A stretch of 64,000 nucleotides of DNA from a virus (IMGVR_UViG_2767802086_000001:12953-76952); one strand, 5' to 3'; shown: positions 36,588 to 46,234, counted from the first letter of the stretch. The notes: generated from the letters alone by a model not told the origin. Made by a program: numbers and translations.

Positions 36588-37003
36588 CCCAGCAGACCGA
36601 GACCGAGCAGCAGGGCATCTCGACCGCGATCATCGTCGACAGCGACAGCGGGCGGGTCCTGATGATCCGGCGGCGCGAGCGGGAGGGCAAGTTGCTGTGG
36701 GCGTTCCCTGGCGGTGGGATCGAGGCCGGGGAGACACCGGAGCAGGCCGCGGTGCGGGAGACGTCCGAAGAGGTCGGCCTCGAAGTGAAGTCCGTCCGAA
36801 CCCTGGGCGATCGGGTACACCCGAACACGCACCGGCACATGACCTACGTGGCGTGCGAGCCGATCTCCGGCGAGGCGATCGTGGGGGATGCCGAGGAGAT
36901 CGCCGAGGTCGCGTGGATCACGCATAGGCAGATCTCGGAGTACGTGCCCTACGGCCTGTACAAGCCGGTCCAGGAGTACCTCGACAGCGTGCTGCCGCAC
37001 TGA
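36584..37003 (+). CDS. Nudix hydrolase (pSAM2 Pif-like context)
   Basis: Canonical Nudix box GGGIEAGETPEQAAVRETSEEVGL; GTGA overlap. Confidence 0.88.
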   Translation: MTQQTETEQQGISTAIIVDSDSGRVLMIRRREREGKLLWAFPGGGIEAGETPEQAAVRETSEEVGLEVKSVRTLGDRVHPNTHRHMTYVACEPISGEAIVGDAEEIAEVAWITHRQISEYVPYGLYKPVQEYLDSVLPH

Positions 37004-37334
37004 CGACTTCAGGGGTGAGATCTGGCCATCCTGCCGGGGCCCGAAACGGGGGGTTTCCGCCGTGTGGCCATCCACCCCAAGGGGCCCCTGCCGGAGTAGC
37101 CCGAGGCCAGGCTCACCTGCGTTGACGCTTATCTATAGCCCGTTATCGCTTCCTACTCCAAAGCTGGGGTAGGCGGTCGCTTTCCGGATCTAGCCGCAAG
37201 CGTTGTGTCTCATACGTGACCACGGGCTAGGTTCCAGACAAGCGAAGGGCCGGGTGCTGTGAACACCCGGCCCGTTCCACCGGCGAGCGCGAACTCGCCG
37301 ATCATCAGATCCGTCTCGTCAAAGGGGACCTGCC

Positions 37335-37643
37335 ATGCAGAGTACCGCCCCATGCCCTCCGGCACGACGCTCTATCACCCGGGCCCGCCTGTTCGATGCG
37401 CCACTCGACGACCTGCTGCTGGAGCTGAACGTGGAGCTCCACTGGTCCTCGGTCACCGACGCCGAGTTCAAGGGTCTGGTGGTGCAGCGCGAGGACGGCA
37501 GCCTCGTTCTCTCGTTGCCGCCAGGCCGGCCACCGCGGGAGCGGGACACGATGGCGCAGGCCCTGCTGGGGCAGGCGCTACAAGCATCCCGGACCGCCGG
37601 TGACCCGGCCGCGAGCCTCGGGCGGCGGTTGCCAGCGGACTAG
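37335..37643 (+). CDS. Small hypothetical protein (possible ImmA/IrrE N-terminal-like)
   Basis: AGGGG RBS; FKGLVVQREDGSLVLSLPPGRPPRERD. Confidence 0.6.
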   Translation: MQSTAPCPPARRSITRARLFDAPLDDLLLELNVELHWSSVTDAEFKGLVVQREDGSLVLSLPPGRPPRERDTMAQALLGQALQASRTAGDPAASLGRRLPAD

Positions 37644-37777
37644 GGTCGCTACAGTGTTCGGCCTCTGGTAACGGGTAGACCAAAGTTGGACCCGTGAGGG
37701 TGACATTCCCTAGGGTCGACCACATCGTTGTCAGTGGCCCCTGCTTCACTATGGCCATCGATACTGGGGAGCGAGTT

Positions 37778-37963
37778 ATGCCGACTGTGATCCATAGGAC
37801 GCGCAGCGAGCTTGAGGTCCAGCGCGAGCAGCTGCTGGCCAGCGTGAACATGAGCTACGAAGAGCTCGCGGAACGCGCCGCCATGTACAGCCTCAGCATG
37901 GAAGAGTTGGACGTGTGGCACACGATCGAGGGTCTCGACTACCTTCTCGAAGGTGACAGCTGA
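37778..37963 (+). CDS. Small acidic protein, candidate antitoxin
   Basis: GGGAG RBS, 61 aa acidic, overlaps downstream gene. Confidence 0.65.
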   Translation: MPTVIHRTRSELEVQREQLLASVNMSYEELAERAAMYSLSMEELDVWHTIEGLDYLLEGDS

Positions 37964-38693
37964 AGAGGCTAAGGCCCTTGATGTGTCGGCGGCGGGTTTC
38001 GCCGACCAACTGACTTCTTTGACGCGGGGTGTCCTCGGTGAGGACACCCCGCGTTTCCATGCGATCAACATGGGTTCCAAGATCAGGGTCTCGCCGATAC
38101 GGGAGGACGAGGTTCTCCAGCGAATCCCGGTGAGCATTGACGGCGAGCCGCGGCTGAGCCTGATGGTCCGTTTCTACTGCTGCTGGGATGGCTCCAGTAC
38201 GTTCATGGCCACCGACCAGGCGGACGTCCACGTCTTCTATGCCGGGGTCCCTGATCCGTTGTTGCGGTACGAGTATGTGCGAAGCAGCAAGGAGCCGCCG
38301 GGTGCTCACGTGCAGGTCCATGCTCACCGTGACGAAATGGCGTACCTGCTGCGGTTGGCGGAGAAGGGCCGGCCGAAGCAAGGGTTGAAGCGCAACCGTC
38401 TGCCGCGGCTGTCGGAGATGCATCTGCCGGTCGGCGGCCATCGGATGCGGCCGGCTCTTGAGGATGTTCTGCTCTTCCTGAAAAGGGAGTTCGCGATCGA
38501 CACGGTGGATGGCTGGAAGGCTGTGATCGACGAGCATTTGCGGGACTGGCGGCTCATGCAGTTGAAGACTGCGGTGCGGGATGCTCCGGACACGGCTGCG
38601 CAGGTGTTGCGGAGTCTGGGGTATTCGGTGGTGGAGCCGACTGTTCCTGGGGCGCGGCAGGCCCCGGACGACGTGAAGTTGTTCTGGCCGTAG
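37953..38693 (+). CDS. Hypothetical protein, candidate toxin/defence effector
   Basis: LRYEY..PGAHVQVH..HLPVGGHRMRPALEDVL; lower GC, counter-oriented moron. Confidence 0.7.
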   Translation: MTAEEAKALDVSAAGFADQLTSLTRGVLGEDTPRFHAINMGSKIRVSPIREDEVLQRIPVSIDGEPRLSLMVRFYCCWDGSSTFMATDQADVHVFYAGVPDPLLRYEYVRSSKEPPGAHVQVHAHRDEMAYLLRLAEKGRPKQGLKRNRLPRLSEMHLPVGGHRMRPALEDVLLFLKREFAIDTVDGWKAVIDEHLRDWRLMQLKTAVRDAPDTAAQVLRSLGYSVVEPTVPGARQAPDDVKLFWP

Positions 38694-38712
38694 AGGTGGC
38701 CACACGCGACGA

Positions 38713-38745
38713 CGCCCCCGCACCGGATCTCTCCGGGCGGGGGCG
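38713..38745. terminator. Hairpin between convergent units
   Basis: CGCCCCCGCaCCGGA-tctc-TCCGGGCGGGGGCG. Confidence 0.55.
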
Positions 38746-38771
38746 CTGCCGTCGGTATCCGACGGTGCGGG

Positions 38772-39428
38772 TCAGACGGTGGGCGGCTGCTTGTCGAGGG
38801 CAGCGCGCGTGGCGCTGATGGCTGATGACCAGCCGCGGTTGTAGTCGTCCTGCCCGGGAATGCCGTGGATCTGGATCTGTACCTGTGGGGTCTGCGGCAG
38901 GGCGCGCACGCTGGCGATGGCGGCCTCGGCCCGGTCGGCGCGCTCGCCGTTCTCGATGGCGCGGTCGGCGTACTGCGCGGCCATGCGGACGGCCTGGCCT
39001 GGCTCGCTGCTCGCGGCGACGAGGAGCTTCAGCCGCTCCATCTCCCGGTCCCGCACGGCAAGGACGGCGTCGGCGAGCCGGTGCCCGTTGGCGGATCCCT
39101 GGGTGCCGTCGACCTTCGCGTTGATCGCTGCCGCGTACTGCTCGCGCAATCCCACGGTCCCGTCATCGGCTGCCGACCGACTGGCCCCCTCGCGGAGACG
39201 GTCCTGCGCCTCGCATCGGGCCTCGTGGACCACGGTGGACGCCGTGCCGTTGCCGCGAAGGCAGGGCTGGTGTGGCGGGGCCTTGCACTTGGGGCAGGTT
39301 GCAACCCAGGCCGGATGGGCATAGCTGCCCAAGATCGGCTGGCAGGACAGGGCGCAGCTGTCGAGGTAGTACGTGTGCTGGTCGGCGCACGCGTGGCCGC
39401 ACGTCTCGGGTGGCATTTGGTCGGCCAT
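38772..39428 (-). CDS. Mosaic hypothetical protein with Zn-finger
   Basis: CPKCKAPPHQPC..HEAR; start corrected to ATG 39428. Confidence 0.65.
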   Translation of the reverse strand: MADQMPPETCGHACADQHTYYLDSCALSCQPILGSYAHPAWVATCPKCKAPPHQPCLRGNGTASTVVHEARCEAQDRLREGASRSAADDGTVGLREQYAAAINAKVDGTQGSANGHRLADAVLAVRDREMERLKLLVAASSEPGQAVRMAAQYADRAIENGERADRAEAAIASVRALPQTPQVQIQIHGIPGQDDYNRGWSSAISATRAALDKQPPTV

Positions 39429-39772
39429 CAGGAGGCCTCCTGTGCGGGGAAGACGCTGTCGACGGCGTCGATGGTCGGGCAGGGCCAGGGGGTGACGAGG
39501 CCGAGGCAGCGGGTGCCGTTCCAGCCGGAGCATTCGCCGCAGACGGCTATGGCGCCGCGTTGTACGGGCTGGTGGATGACGGCTAGTCGGCGCTGCAGGG
39601 CGCGGACCCTGTTGCCCCAGGACGCCCCGACGCCGCTTCGGCGTCCGGCCGCGGCGAACTTGTCGATGCCGGCGCGAAGGCGGGTGACTTCGGCGGGCTG
39701 GAGAGCCCCGCGGTCCGCTCTGTCGGCGATGTTTCTGAGCTGGGCGATTGTCGGCGTTGCTTTCCGGTTCAT
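39428..39772 (-). CDS. Hypothetical protein with CxxC..WPCPT motif
   Basis: H..CGECS..WPCPTI; start corrected to ATG 39772. Confidence 0.65.
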   Translation of the reverse strand: MNRKATPTIAQLRNIADRADRGALQPAEVTRLRAGIDKFAAAGRRSGVGASWGNRVRALQRRLAVIHQPVQRGAIAVCGECSGWNGTRCLGLVTPWPCPTIDAVDSVFPAQEAS

Positions 39773-39948
39773 GCCTGCGACCTCTTGATCTGGACTCGTT
39801 TCGCTGCTCGTCGCGCCGCCCGGTTGGGCGTGGGCTCGGGTGCCTGGTCGTCGATCAGTTGCTCGCCGGTCCAGCGGAGTTCGGTCTCCCACCGGGAGCC
39901 GGCGCGCGGGGTGTGCTCGCCGCGGGGTGCGGACTTCGGGGCGGTCAT
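39769..39948 (-). CDS. Small basic protein (NRAARR motif)
   Basis: Not in track; ATGA overlaps at both ends. Confidence 0.55.
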   Translation of the reverse strand: MTAPKSAPRGEHTPRAGSRWETELRWTGEQLIDDQAPEPTPNRAARRAAKRVQIKRSQA

Positions 39949-40640
39949 CGGGTCGGCTCCTCGGTGGCGGCGGGGGCGGTGGTCTGATCCGGGCTGCGTG
40001 TGCAGGTGCAGTCACCGGATCCGACGCCGCCGATTCCATTCGGTCCGACGCAGCCCTCGTACTCGTCATGCCAGTCGGAAGGGTGCTCACAGTGGCTGCA
40101 GGTCGAAGTGGGCTGCTCCTCGGTCGCGGCGGGGGTGGTAGGCAGGCGGTCGAAGGCCCCGCCGTACATCACCTCCAGCTCGTGGCGCATCCGCTCGTTC
40201 TTGGCCCGCAACCGCTCCATCTCGTCGGTGCGGCCTAGGGCGCGGCCCAGGGCGTCGACCTGCCATGCCGCCAGCTCCTCGGGCACGGACCGACCCGGGC
40301 AGTGCGAGCACCACCCGAGCACGTGGTGGGACGGGGTGCTGTGCCCCAGCGGAGTCTCCGTGGCGAGGAGTGGGGCAGCGGCCGTGTCCGCGCTGCCGGT
40401 GGTGCCGAGGATCTTCCGGGCCACCGCGAGGGCGTGCTGGTCGGTCTGCTGTGCCACCCAGGCGTCCCGCTCGGCGGCCTCGTGTTCCCTGCGCCAGACG
40501 CTGGCGGCGCCAATCACTGTGGCGTTGTGGGCCTTGGCCGCTGCGTCCAGCCAGTCGGCGAGGGCGGCGTGCAGCGGGTCACCGATCTGCTGGGCACGCT
40601 CAGCTGCGGCCAGGAGTTCGGCGGCTGGTGTGATGGTCAT
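39945..40640 (-). CDS. Mosaic hypothetical protein, Cys/His clusters
   Basis: ALADWL..HALAVARKIL; CSHCEH..H..C..CTC. Confidence 0.65.
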   Translation of the reverse strand: MTITPAAELLAAAERAQQIGDPLHAALADWLDAAAKAHNATVIGAASVWRREHEAAERDAWVAQQTDQHALAVARKILGTTGSADTAAAPLLATETPLGHSTPSHHVLGWCSHCPGRSVPEELAAWQVDALGRALGRTDEMERLRAKNERMRHELEVMYGGAFDRLPTTPAATEEQPTSTCSHCEHPSDWHDEYEGCVGPNGIGGVGSGDCTCTRSPDQTTAPAATEEPTR

Positions 40641-41440
40641 CGCGTCGACTCCTCAGTCGGGGCGGCGGGTTCGACGGTGTACGTGGTGGTCGCGCGGATG
40701 AGGCGGCGGCGGACGGGCGTCCCGTCAGCCCAATCCGGGAAGCGCTTCTGCTGCCCGGTGATCCGCTTCTCGATGACGGCGCGGTCGGCGTTGGCGCCGA
40801 GGTACATCCACTGGCCGTCGCCCTCCTCGACCTCGCCGATCCATTCGGTCTTCGACGGATGCGCCTCGACCGGCTCCTCGGTCACGGCGGGGGCGGCCTG
40901 CTGCGCCTCGTCGGCCATGCGGCGGAGGTCGGCAGCCCGGTCGCCGATCGCGTCCCACGGCGCCCCGGTGCCGAGCCCGAGCGCCTCGGACAGGGCCAGG
41001 TGGTGCTCCTCGTCGGCGGGTGCGGGCAGAACGGCCAGGACGGCCTCGGCGTAGGCGAGGTAGGTCTGCCATAGCGCCTGTTTGTCCAGCCGCTCACCGG
41101 TGGCCCACTTCGGCCACTCGGTGCGGGCGATCGCCGTGGCGACGACGCGCAGCTGGTTACTGACGACGTAACAGGGTCCGTCGGCGCGATGGACGGTGTC
41201 GCGCGTCTCGGGCTGGCCGCAGACGCAGGCCCGGTCGGTGGTCCTGGCGCCGAGGATCTGCCGGGTCGAAGACTGCTGCTCGGTCTCCCAGTCACGGCGC
41301 AGCTGGGCAAGGAGTCGCTGCGCATCGGGCTCGCCCTGGGTCATGCATTTGCTGGTCGTCATGAGCTCAATGGCCAGTTCTTCGCAGCTCTTGGTCTCGC
41401 GGATCGGTTCGGCGGCGGGTGTCACGGGCTGGTCGGTCAC
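40637..41440 (-). CDS. Mosaic hypothetical protein
   Basis: GGAGG RBS; start corrected to GTG 41440. Confidence 0.65.
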   Translation of the reverse strand: MTDQPVTPAAEPIRETKSCEELAIELMTTSKCMTQGEPDAQRLLAQLRRDWETEQQSSTRQILGARTTDRACVCGQPETRDTVHRADGPCYVVSNQLRVVATAIARTEWPKWATGERLDKQALWQTYLAYAEAVLAVLPAPADEEHHLALSEALGLGTGAPWDAIGDRAADLRRMADEAQQAAPAVTEEPVEAHPSKTEWIGEVEEGDGQWMYLGANADRAVIEKRITGQQKRFPDWADGTPVRRRLIRATTTYTVEPAAPTEESTR

Positions 41441-41511
41441 GGTTCCTCCATGGGGTGGGATGCTGGCGGGGTGCCCGCCCCTGATAGCGACAGGGGCGGG
41501 CGCGTTGCGTG

Positions 41512-41982
41512 TCACGGGGTGCGGCGGTCGATGTCCGACACCCAGGCCGCACAGACGGCGGCGACCTGGAGCAGCTCGGCCCGCAACTTCACCGGGTCGG
41601 ACTCGGCGATGGCCTCGAAGACCTCCTCGCGCAGGATGCCGTTCCAGGTGGTGCGGCCGAGGCGGGCGGCATCGTCCACCTCGCCACGAATGTGGTTGGC
41701 GACGTCACGCCAGCGCTGATCGCCGGTGCCGTCGGGGTGGCGCTGGTCGCCGAACTTCTTCAGCTGGCGCTGCCGCTCGGCGTCGACCTCGCAGACGAAC
41801 ACCCCCATGCCGTCAGTGGCGGGGATGACCTCGTGGCCGATGTACGCGGCGACCTTCACGGTCAGCTGGGAGATCAGGTCGTCGGTGCCGCCGGCGCCGA
41901 GGCGGACAGGGGTCGTATGCACCGTCTCGTTGATGACGCGGGCGAGCGGGCGGAGTTCGGTCAGGTCGGGCTGGTCGGTCAC
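41512..41982 (-). CDS. MazG-like all-alpha NTP pyrophosphohydrolase
   Basis: ERQRQLKKFG, ILREEVFEA..LRAELLQVAAVCAAW. Confidence 0.7.
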   Translation of the reverse strand: MTDQPDLTELRPLARVINETVHTTPVRLGAGGTDDLISQLTVKVAAYIGHEVIPATDGMGVFVCEVDAERQRQLKKFGDQRHPDGTGDQRWRDVANHIRGEVDDAARLGRTTWNGILREEVFEAIAESDPVKLRAELLQVAAVCAAWVSDIDRRTP

Positions 41983-42055
41983 GGGTTCCTCCGGTGGGTG
42001 TGATGGACTGGGCCGGGGCCGCCCCTGTTACGAGCAGGGGCGGCCTTGCTGTGGG

Positions 42056-43294
42056 TCACGGGGTGGGGGCGGCGGTCGGGTACTCGCGGACGCGGATCTC
42101 GGCCGGCCAGTCCGCCGGGGCGCCGCCTTTCTTGTCCGACGCCCCGTTCTCTCGCGCCCAGACGGAGCCGAGCTGCTTCACGAACGTCGCCACTCCAGCG
42201 CTGCGCGCGTCCCTGGCCAGGGCCTCAGCCCACTTCGGCTCGAACGGTCGCGCGCCCGGGCCTGATTCGCCTCCGACGATCACCCAGTCGATGGGCTGGC
42301 TGCGCTTGCGGTCCTTTGTGCCGAACGAGGTGTAGGCGAACGACCTGTTCGGGTCGTCATCGAGGACGAGCCGACCGATGTTGTTCCACGCGTGGACGTA
42401 CCGGCCGACGATCCGGCGGGGGTTTCGGCCGAAGCCGTCGTCCATGAGGAGGGTGGCGCCGAATGCCGGTGCGCCCTGCTGGTGCATGTCCTGCATCCAT
42501 TCGCGGGGGCTGCGTCCCTGGTCGGCGCCCCAGAATCCTTCGATGGCCTCGCGGACCTCGGCAGGCACCCACTCGGGCCACGACCACTCAGCCCACGTCC
42601 GAGGCGCCTCGTCCACCGGCAGCGGCGAGATCGCCGGCATCCACGGGCTGAGATCGACCGGGCCGAGGAGCGGCTCACAGGACAGGAACCGGACCGCGGC
42701 CGGCGTCTTCAGCAGGGCGGGGATTCGGAGGTCGGCGTACTTCTGGTTCTCCACCGAAGTGCCGATCCACACGTTGGGCAGCGGCCAGCCGGAGCGGTGG
42801 TAGATGCCGTGCTCCAGGCCGGGTACGTAGGTGGGGCTGTGTGAGGTGGCGGCCCATTCCATGGAGGAGCGGAAGTGCGTCCCGGGGACGCAGCCGCGGC
42901 CGCAGGTACACAGATCGGTGAGGATGCGGGCCGCGCGCTCGGGGCGCTTGGTGAGGATCTGGTAGGTGTGCTGCGGGGTGGCGGCCATGACGGCGAACAC
43001 CTGTGCCAGGAACTCGCGGGGGACGCGGGCGTGGAACAGGTCGGACATGGAGTTGACGAAGATCTTGCGGGGCTTCTTCCAGCGGAGCGGTTCGGTGAGG
43101 GCGTCGGCGTGTGTGGCGATGCCGAAGCCGGGGCCAGAGGTCCGCGGGTCGCCGTCGGTCTGGTACTTCGCCGAGCCCATGCCCTTGAGGCGCTTGGCCA
43201 TGGTCAGCGCGTAGCAGTTGTCGCAGCCGGGGCTAACGCGGTTGCAGCCGGTCGTCGGATTCCAGGTCTGCTCGGTCCATTCGATGTTGCTCAT
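42056..43294 (-). CDS. Phage Gp37/Gp68 (DUF5131) radical-SAM-like protein
   Basis: [57 protein letters not shown]. Confidence 0.9.
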   Translation of the reverse strand: MSNIEWTEQTWNPTTGCNRVSPGCDNCYALTMAKRLKGMGSAKYQTDGDPRTSGPGFGIATHADALTEPLRWKKPRKIFVNSMSDLFHARVPREFLAQVFAVMAATPQHTYQILTKRPERAARILTDLCTCGRGCVPGTHFRSSMEWAATSHSPTYVPGLEHGIYHRSGWPLPNVWIGTSVENQKYADLRIPALLKTPAAVRFLSCEPLLGPVDLSPWMPAISPLPVDEAPRTWAEWSWPEWVPAEVREAIEGFWGADQGRSPREWMQDMHQQGAPAFGATLLMDDGFGRNPRRIVGRYVHAWNNIGRLVLDDDPNRSFAYTSFGTKDRKRSQPIDWVIVGGESGPGARPFEPKWAEALARDARSAGVATFVKQLGSVWARENGASDKKGGAPADWPAEIRVREYPTAAPTP

Positions 43295-43548
43295 CAATCG
43301 CTCCAGGTGAGTTGGTGCTGCATGGGCGGGAGGAAGATCTCTATCTGGCCGGGTATCGGGTCGGGGGTGGCCGTGGGCGACGCTTGGCTCTTCCGGGGCG
43401 CTGTACGGCCGCGTGCGGCTCTCGCACAGTGCGGGCCGAGTCCCCTGCGGCGGGATGCCTGGGAGCGCAGCAGGCGCCCACAGGACCGGCACCGCAGGCC
43501 AGTTGAGGTCCGGCCGGTGGAGTCGGCATCCAACGTGCGGGCGGTCAC
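43294..43548 (-). CDS. DUF6011-like Zn-finger protein
   Basis: [18 protein letters not shown]. Confidence 0.7.
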   Translation of the reverse strand: MTARTLDADSTGRTSTGLRCRSCGRLLRSQASRRRGLGPHCARAARGRTAPRKSQASPTATPDPIPGQIEIFLPPMQHQLTWSD

Positions 43549-44921
43549 GTCTGGGCCATGTCGACGAACCGGCTGTAGTGGCCCTGGAATGCGACGGTGA
43601 TGGTGGCGGTGGGCCCGTTGCGGTGCTTGCCGACGATCAGGTCTGCTTCGCCGGCCCGCGCGGATTCCTTGTCGTAAGCGTCTTCGCGGTGCAGGAGGAT
43701 CACCATGTCGGCGTCCTGCTCCAGGGATCCCGATTCGCGAAGGTCGGACACCTGCGGCTTCTTGTCGTTGCGCTGCTCGGGTCCGCGGTTGAGCTGGCAG
43801 AGGACGATGACGGGGACTTCCAGCTCTTTAGCCATGAGCTTGACGTTGCGGCTGATGTCGGAGACTTCCTGCTGCCGGTTCTCTTGGCGGCGGGAGGTGC
43901 CGCAGCCGAGCAGTTGGAGGTAGTCGATGACGACGAGGTCGAGGCCGTTGCGCTGCTTCAACTTTCTGCAGCGGGCCTTGATTTGCATGATCGTCTGGTT
44001 CGGGGTGGCGTCGATCGTCAGAGGGGCTGCCGTGACGTCGGGCGACCTGCGGGCGAATCGCTCCCAGTCGGAGTCGGTCATGTTGCCGCCACGGATGTGG
44101 TGGAGGCCGATGCGGGCTTCGGCGGACATGACGCGGTGCTGGACTTCGCGCCGGGACATTTCGAGGCTGAACATTGCGGCAGGGCGGCCGTGCTGGATGG
44201 AGCAGGCTCGGAGGATGTCGACGGCGAGGGTGGACTTTCCCATGGCGGGCCGCGCCGCAATGATGATCATCTGGCCGGGGTGGAGGCCGTGGGTCAGCGC
44301 GTCCAGGTCGGCAAACCCGGTGGGCACCCCCATAGCCTTGCCGTTCTTCTCCAGGTCGACGAGCTCGTCGACCATGTCGTCCATGTCGTCGCCGATGGGC
44401 GCGGAGTCGGGGTCGTCGCGGACCTGGACGGCTTTGTTTAGCTCGGCGGCTGCGGCGTCGGCGGATTCGTTGGCGTCTCCCCCGGCGTAGCCGAGCTGAG
44501 CGATGGCTGTGCCGGCGCGGACGAGGCCGCGGAGGATGCTCTTCTGGCGGACGATGTCGGCGTAGTAGCCAGCGTTTGCCGCGGTGGGGGTGCCCTGGAC
44601 GAGAGTGAACGCGGCGTTGATGCCGCCGGCTCGGTCGAGTTCGCCGCGTTCCCGGAGCCGGTTGGTGACGGTGATCGGGTCGACAGGGTCGCCCTTGCTG
44701 AACAGGTCGGTGATCGCGCTGAAGACGAGTTCGTGGGCGGGCTTGTAGAAGTCGGCGCCCTCGACGATCTCGACGACTTCGGTAATGGCGTCGCGGTGGA
44801 GCATCATGCCGCCGAGCACGGACGCTTCTGCATCCATGTCCTGGGGAGGCATCCGGTCGAGGCGGTCGGGCTCTACGGGGGCGGCGTCCTGCCAGAGGTC
44901 GGTGTCGATCTCGGTGGTCAT
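43545..44921 (-). CDS. dnaB: Replicative DNA helicase
   Basis: [52 protein letters not shown]. Confidence 0.96.
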   Translation of the reverse strand: MTTEIDTDLWQDAAPVEPDRLDRMPPQDMDAEASVLGGMMLHRDAITEVVEIVEGADFYKPAHELVFSAITDLFSKGDPVDPITVTNRLRERGELDRAGGINAAFTLVQGTPTAANAGYYADIVRQKSILRGLVRAGTAIAQLGYAGGDANESADAAAAELNKAVQVRDDPDSAPIGDDMDDMVDELVDLEKNGKAMGVPTGFADLDALTHGLHPGQMIIIAARPAMGKSTLAVDILRACSIQHGRPAAMFSLEMSRREVQHRVMSAEARIGLHHIRGGNMTDSDWERFARRSPDVTAAPLTIDATPNQTIMQIKARCRKLKQRNGLDLVVIDYLQLLGCGTSRRQENRQQEVSDISRNVKLMAKELEVPVIVLCQLNRGPEQRNDKKPQVSDLRESGSLEQDADMVILLHREDAYDKESARAGEADLIVGKHRNGPTATITVAFQGHYSRFVDMAQT

Positions 44922-45301
44922 GCGGTGGTGTTCCTCTGCTCGCCGGGGTGGGTCTGGTTACGGACGGGGGCCCACGGTGGCTTGCCGGATCCGGGGCAGG
45001 GCTCGGACCAGTCGCGGCCACGCCACCGGTGCTGGCCCATGACGCCGTCTTTGGTCATGGCTCGGTCCTGTACGCAGTGCTCGCACCAGCCGCGGGGGCG
45101 GGGCGGTTCGGGGACCTGCGGGTAGACGATCCGGTACGTGGGGTGGCTGATGGTGATGCGCTTCTCGCCGTCGATGCGGAAGCGGAGGTGGCCGCCGCGC
45201 GCGCCGACGATGGTGGCGGGCTTGCCGTCGTACTCCATGCGCATCTTGTGGCGGGCGGGGACGCCGTAGTTGCGGCGGATCCATTCCATGGAGCTGGTCA
45301 T
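44918..45301 (-). CDS. Hypothetical phage protein
   Basis: MEWIRRNYGVPA..HLRFRIDG..HPT; start ATG 45301. Confidence 0.7.
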   Translation of the reverse strand: MTSSMEWIRRNYGVPARHKMRMEYDGKPATIVGARGGHLRFRIDGEKRITISHPTYRIVYPQVPEPPRPRGWCEHCVQDRAMTKDGVMGQHRWRGRDWSEPCPGSGKPPWAPVRNQTHPGEQRNTTA

Positions 45302-45522
45302 GTACGGGCCTCCAGTTCGGCAATGCGGGCTTCCAGCGCCTCGATGCGGGCGGCGGTGTTGTCCTCGGTGGGCAGTGCTCGGTTCGCGGAGCAGGTGCAC
45401 CAGGTCATGAGCCGTGCGGTGCCGGGCGGGCCCTGGTTGGATGCGGTGCCCATGCAGCGGGGCATGACGTCGTCGTCGAGGTCGGGGCAGCGATGGCAGT
45501 TCGGCGGGCACCGGTGACTCAC
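45298..45522 (-). CDS. Small Cys-rich protein
   Basis: GTGA overlap; CHRC..PRCMG..CTC..RIAELE. Confidence 0.55.
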   Translation of the reverse strand: MSHRCPPNCHRCPDLDDDVMPRCMGTASNQGPPGTARLMTWCTCSANRALPTEDNTAARIEALEARIAELEART

Positions 45523-46232
45523 GCGGCCACCTCCCGGCGCCGGTCGGGGCCGGTGATGGTGATCCGGTCGCACATCTCGACGAGCCGGGACGCAACCCGG
45601 TCGCCCATACGGGCCCCGAGCTCCTTCGGCAGGACGTTGGAGGTGATGAGCGTCGGGAGCTGGTGGTCGTACCGATAGTTGATGAGCCGGAAGTTCACGG
45701 TCTCGGTGTGTTCGGACAGCTTCCCGCCGGCGCCGAGGTCGTCGATGAGGAGGATGCTGGCCTTCGCGTACCGCTGGAACTCGGTTTCGGAGTCGACGCC
45801 GTACCGCGGCTGCAGCTGGGCGTACAGGTCGGCGGCGGTGACCACGGTCCACTTCGCGGCAACCCCGGTGACGGCCATCTCTCGCAGCGCCCCGTAGGAC
45901 TGGTAGGTCTTGCCGACGCCGACGGGGCCGAGGAGCAGCAGGGAGGGGCCGGATCGGACGCTGGCGACGGGTGAGCGTCGCTCCTTCTGGGCGGCGAAGG
46001 CTCCTGCGACAAGGGTGTTGATCCACTGCCGGATGGCCGGGTGGTCGGCGGTGGCGGCCTGGTAGCGCAGGGGAACGGTGTTGGCGGCCTGGATGATGTT
46101 CCGGCGGGCCACGTTCGGCAGGCTGAACGGGTCACCGTCGTCGGTGTTCAGCCACTCGATGGTGCGGTTCTGGGCGGCAAGCAGCGGGGCGAGGTTGTAC
46201 TGGTCGGGGTTGATCAGCGGGGTGGGTTCCAT
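45519..46232 (-). CDS. DnaC/IstB-like AAA+ helicase loader
   Basis: GPVGVGKT, LLIDDLG, LINYRY, TLITSN, GDRVASRL, GPDRR. Confidence 0.9.
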   Translation of the reverse strand: MEPTPLINPDQYNLAPLLAAQNRTIEWLNTDDGDPFSLPNVARRNIIQAANTVPLRYQAATADHPAIRQWINTLVAGAFAAQKERRSPVASVRSGPSLLLLGPVGVGKTYQSYGALREMAVTGVAAKWTVVTAADLYAQLQPRYGVDSETEFQRYAKASILLIDDLGAGGKLSEHTETVNFRLINYRYDHQLPTLITSNVLPKELGARMGDRVASRLVEMCDRITITGPDRRREVAA

Positions 46233-46234
46233 GA

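Noticed and set aside
28121-37003. Independent, complete AICE inserted in the prophage
   Set aside because: No dedicated integrase, excisionase, Rep or flanking att repeats were seen; a decayed insertion cannot be fully excluded without comparative data
37010-37330. tRNA or structured ncRNA in the long intergenic gap
   Set aside because: No cloverleaf or T-loop consensus recognised; no tRNA, rRNA, reverse transcriptase or transposase seen anywhere in the window
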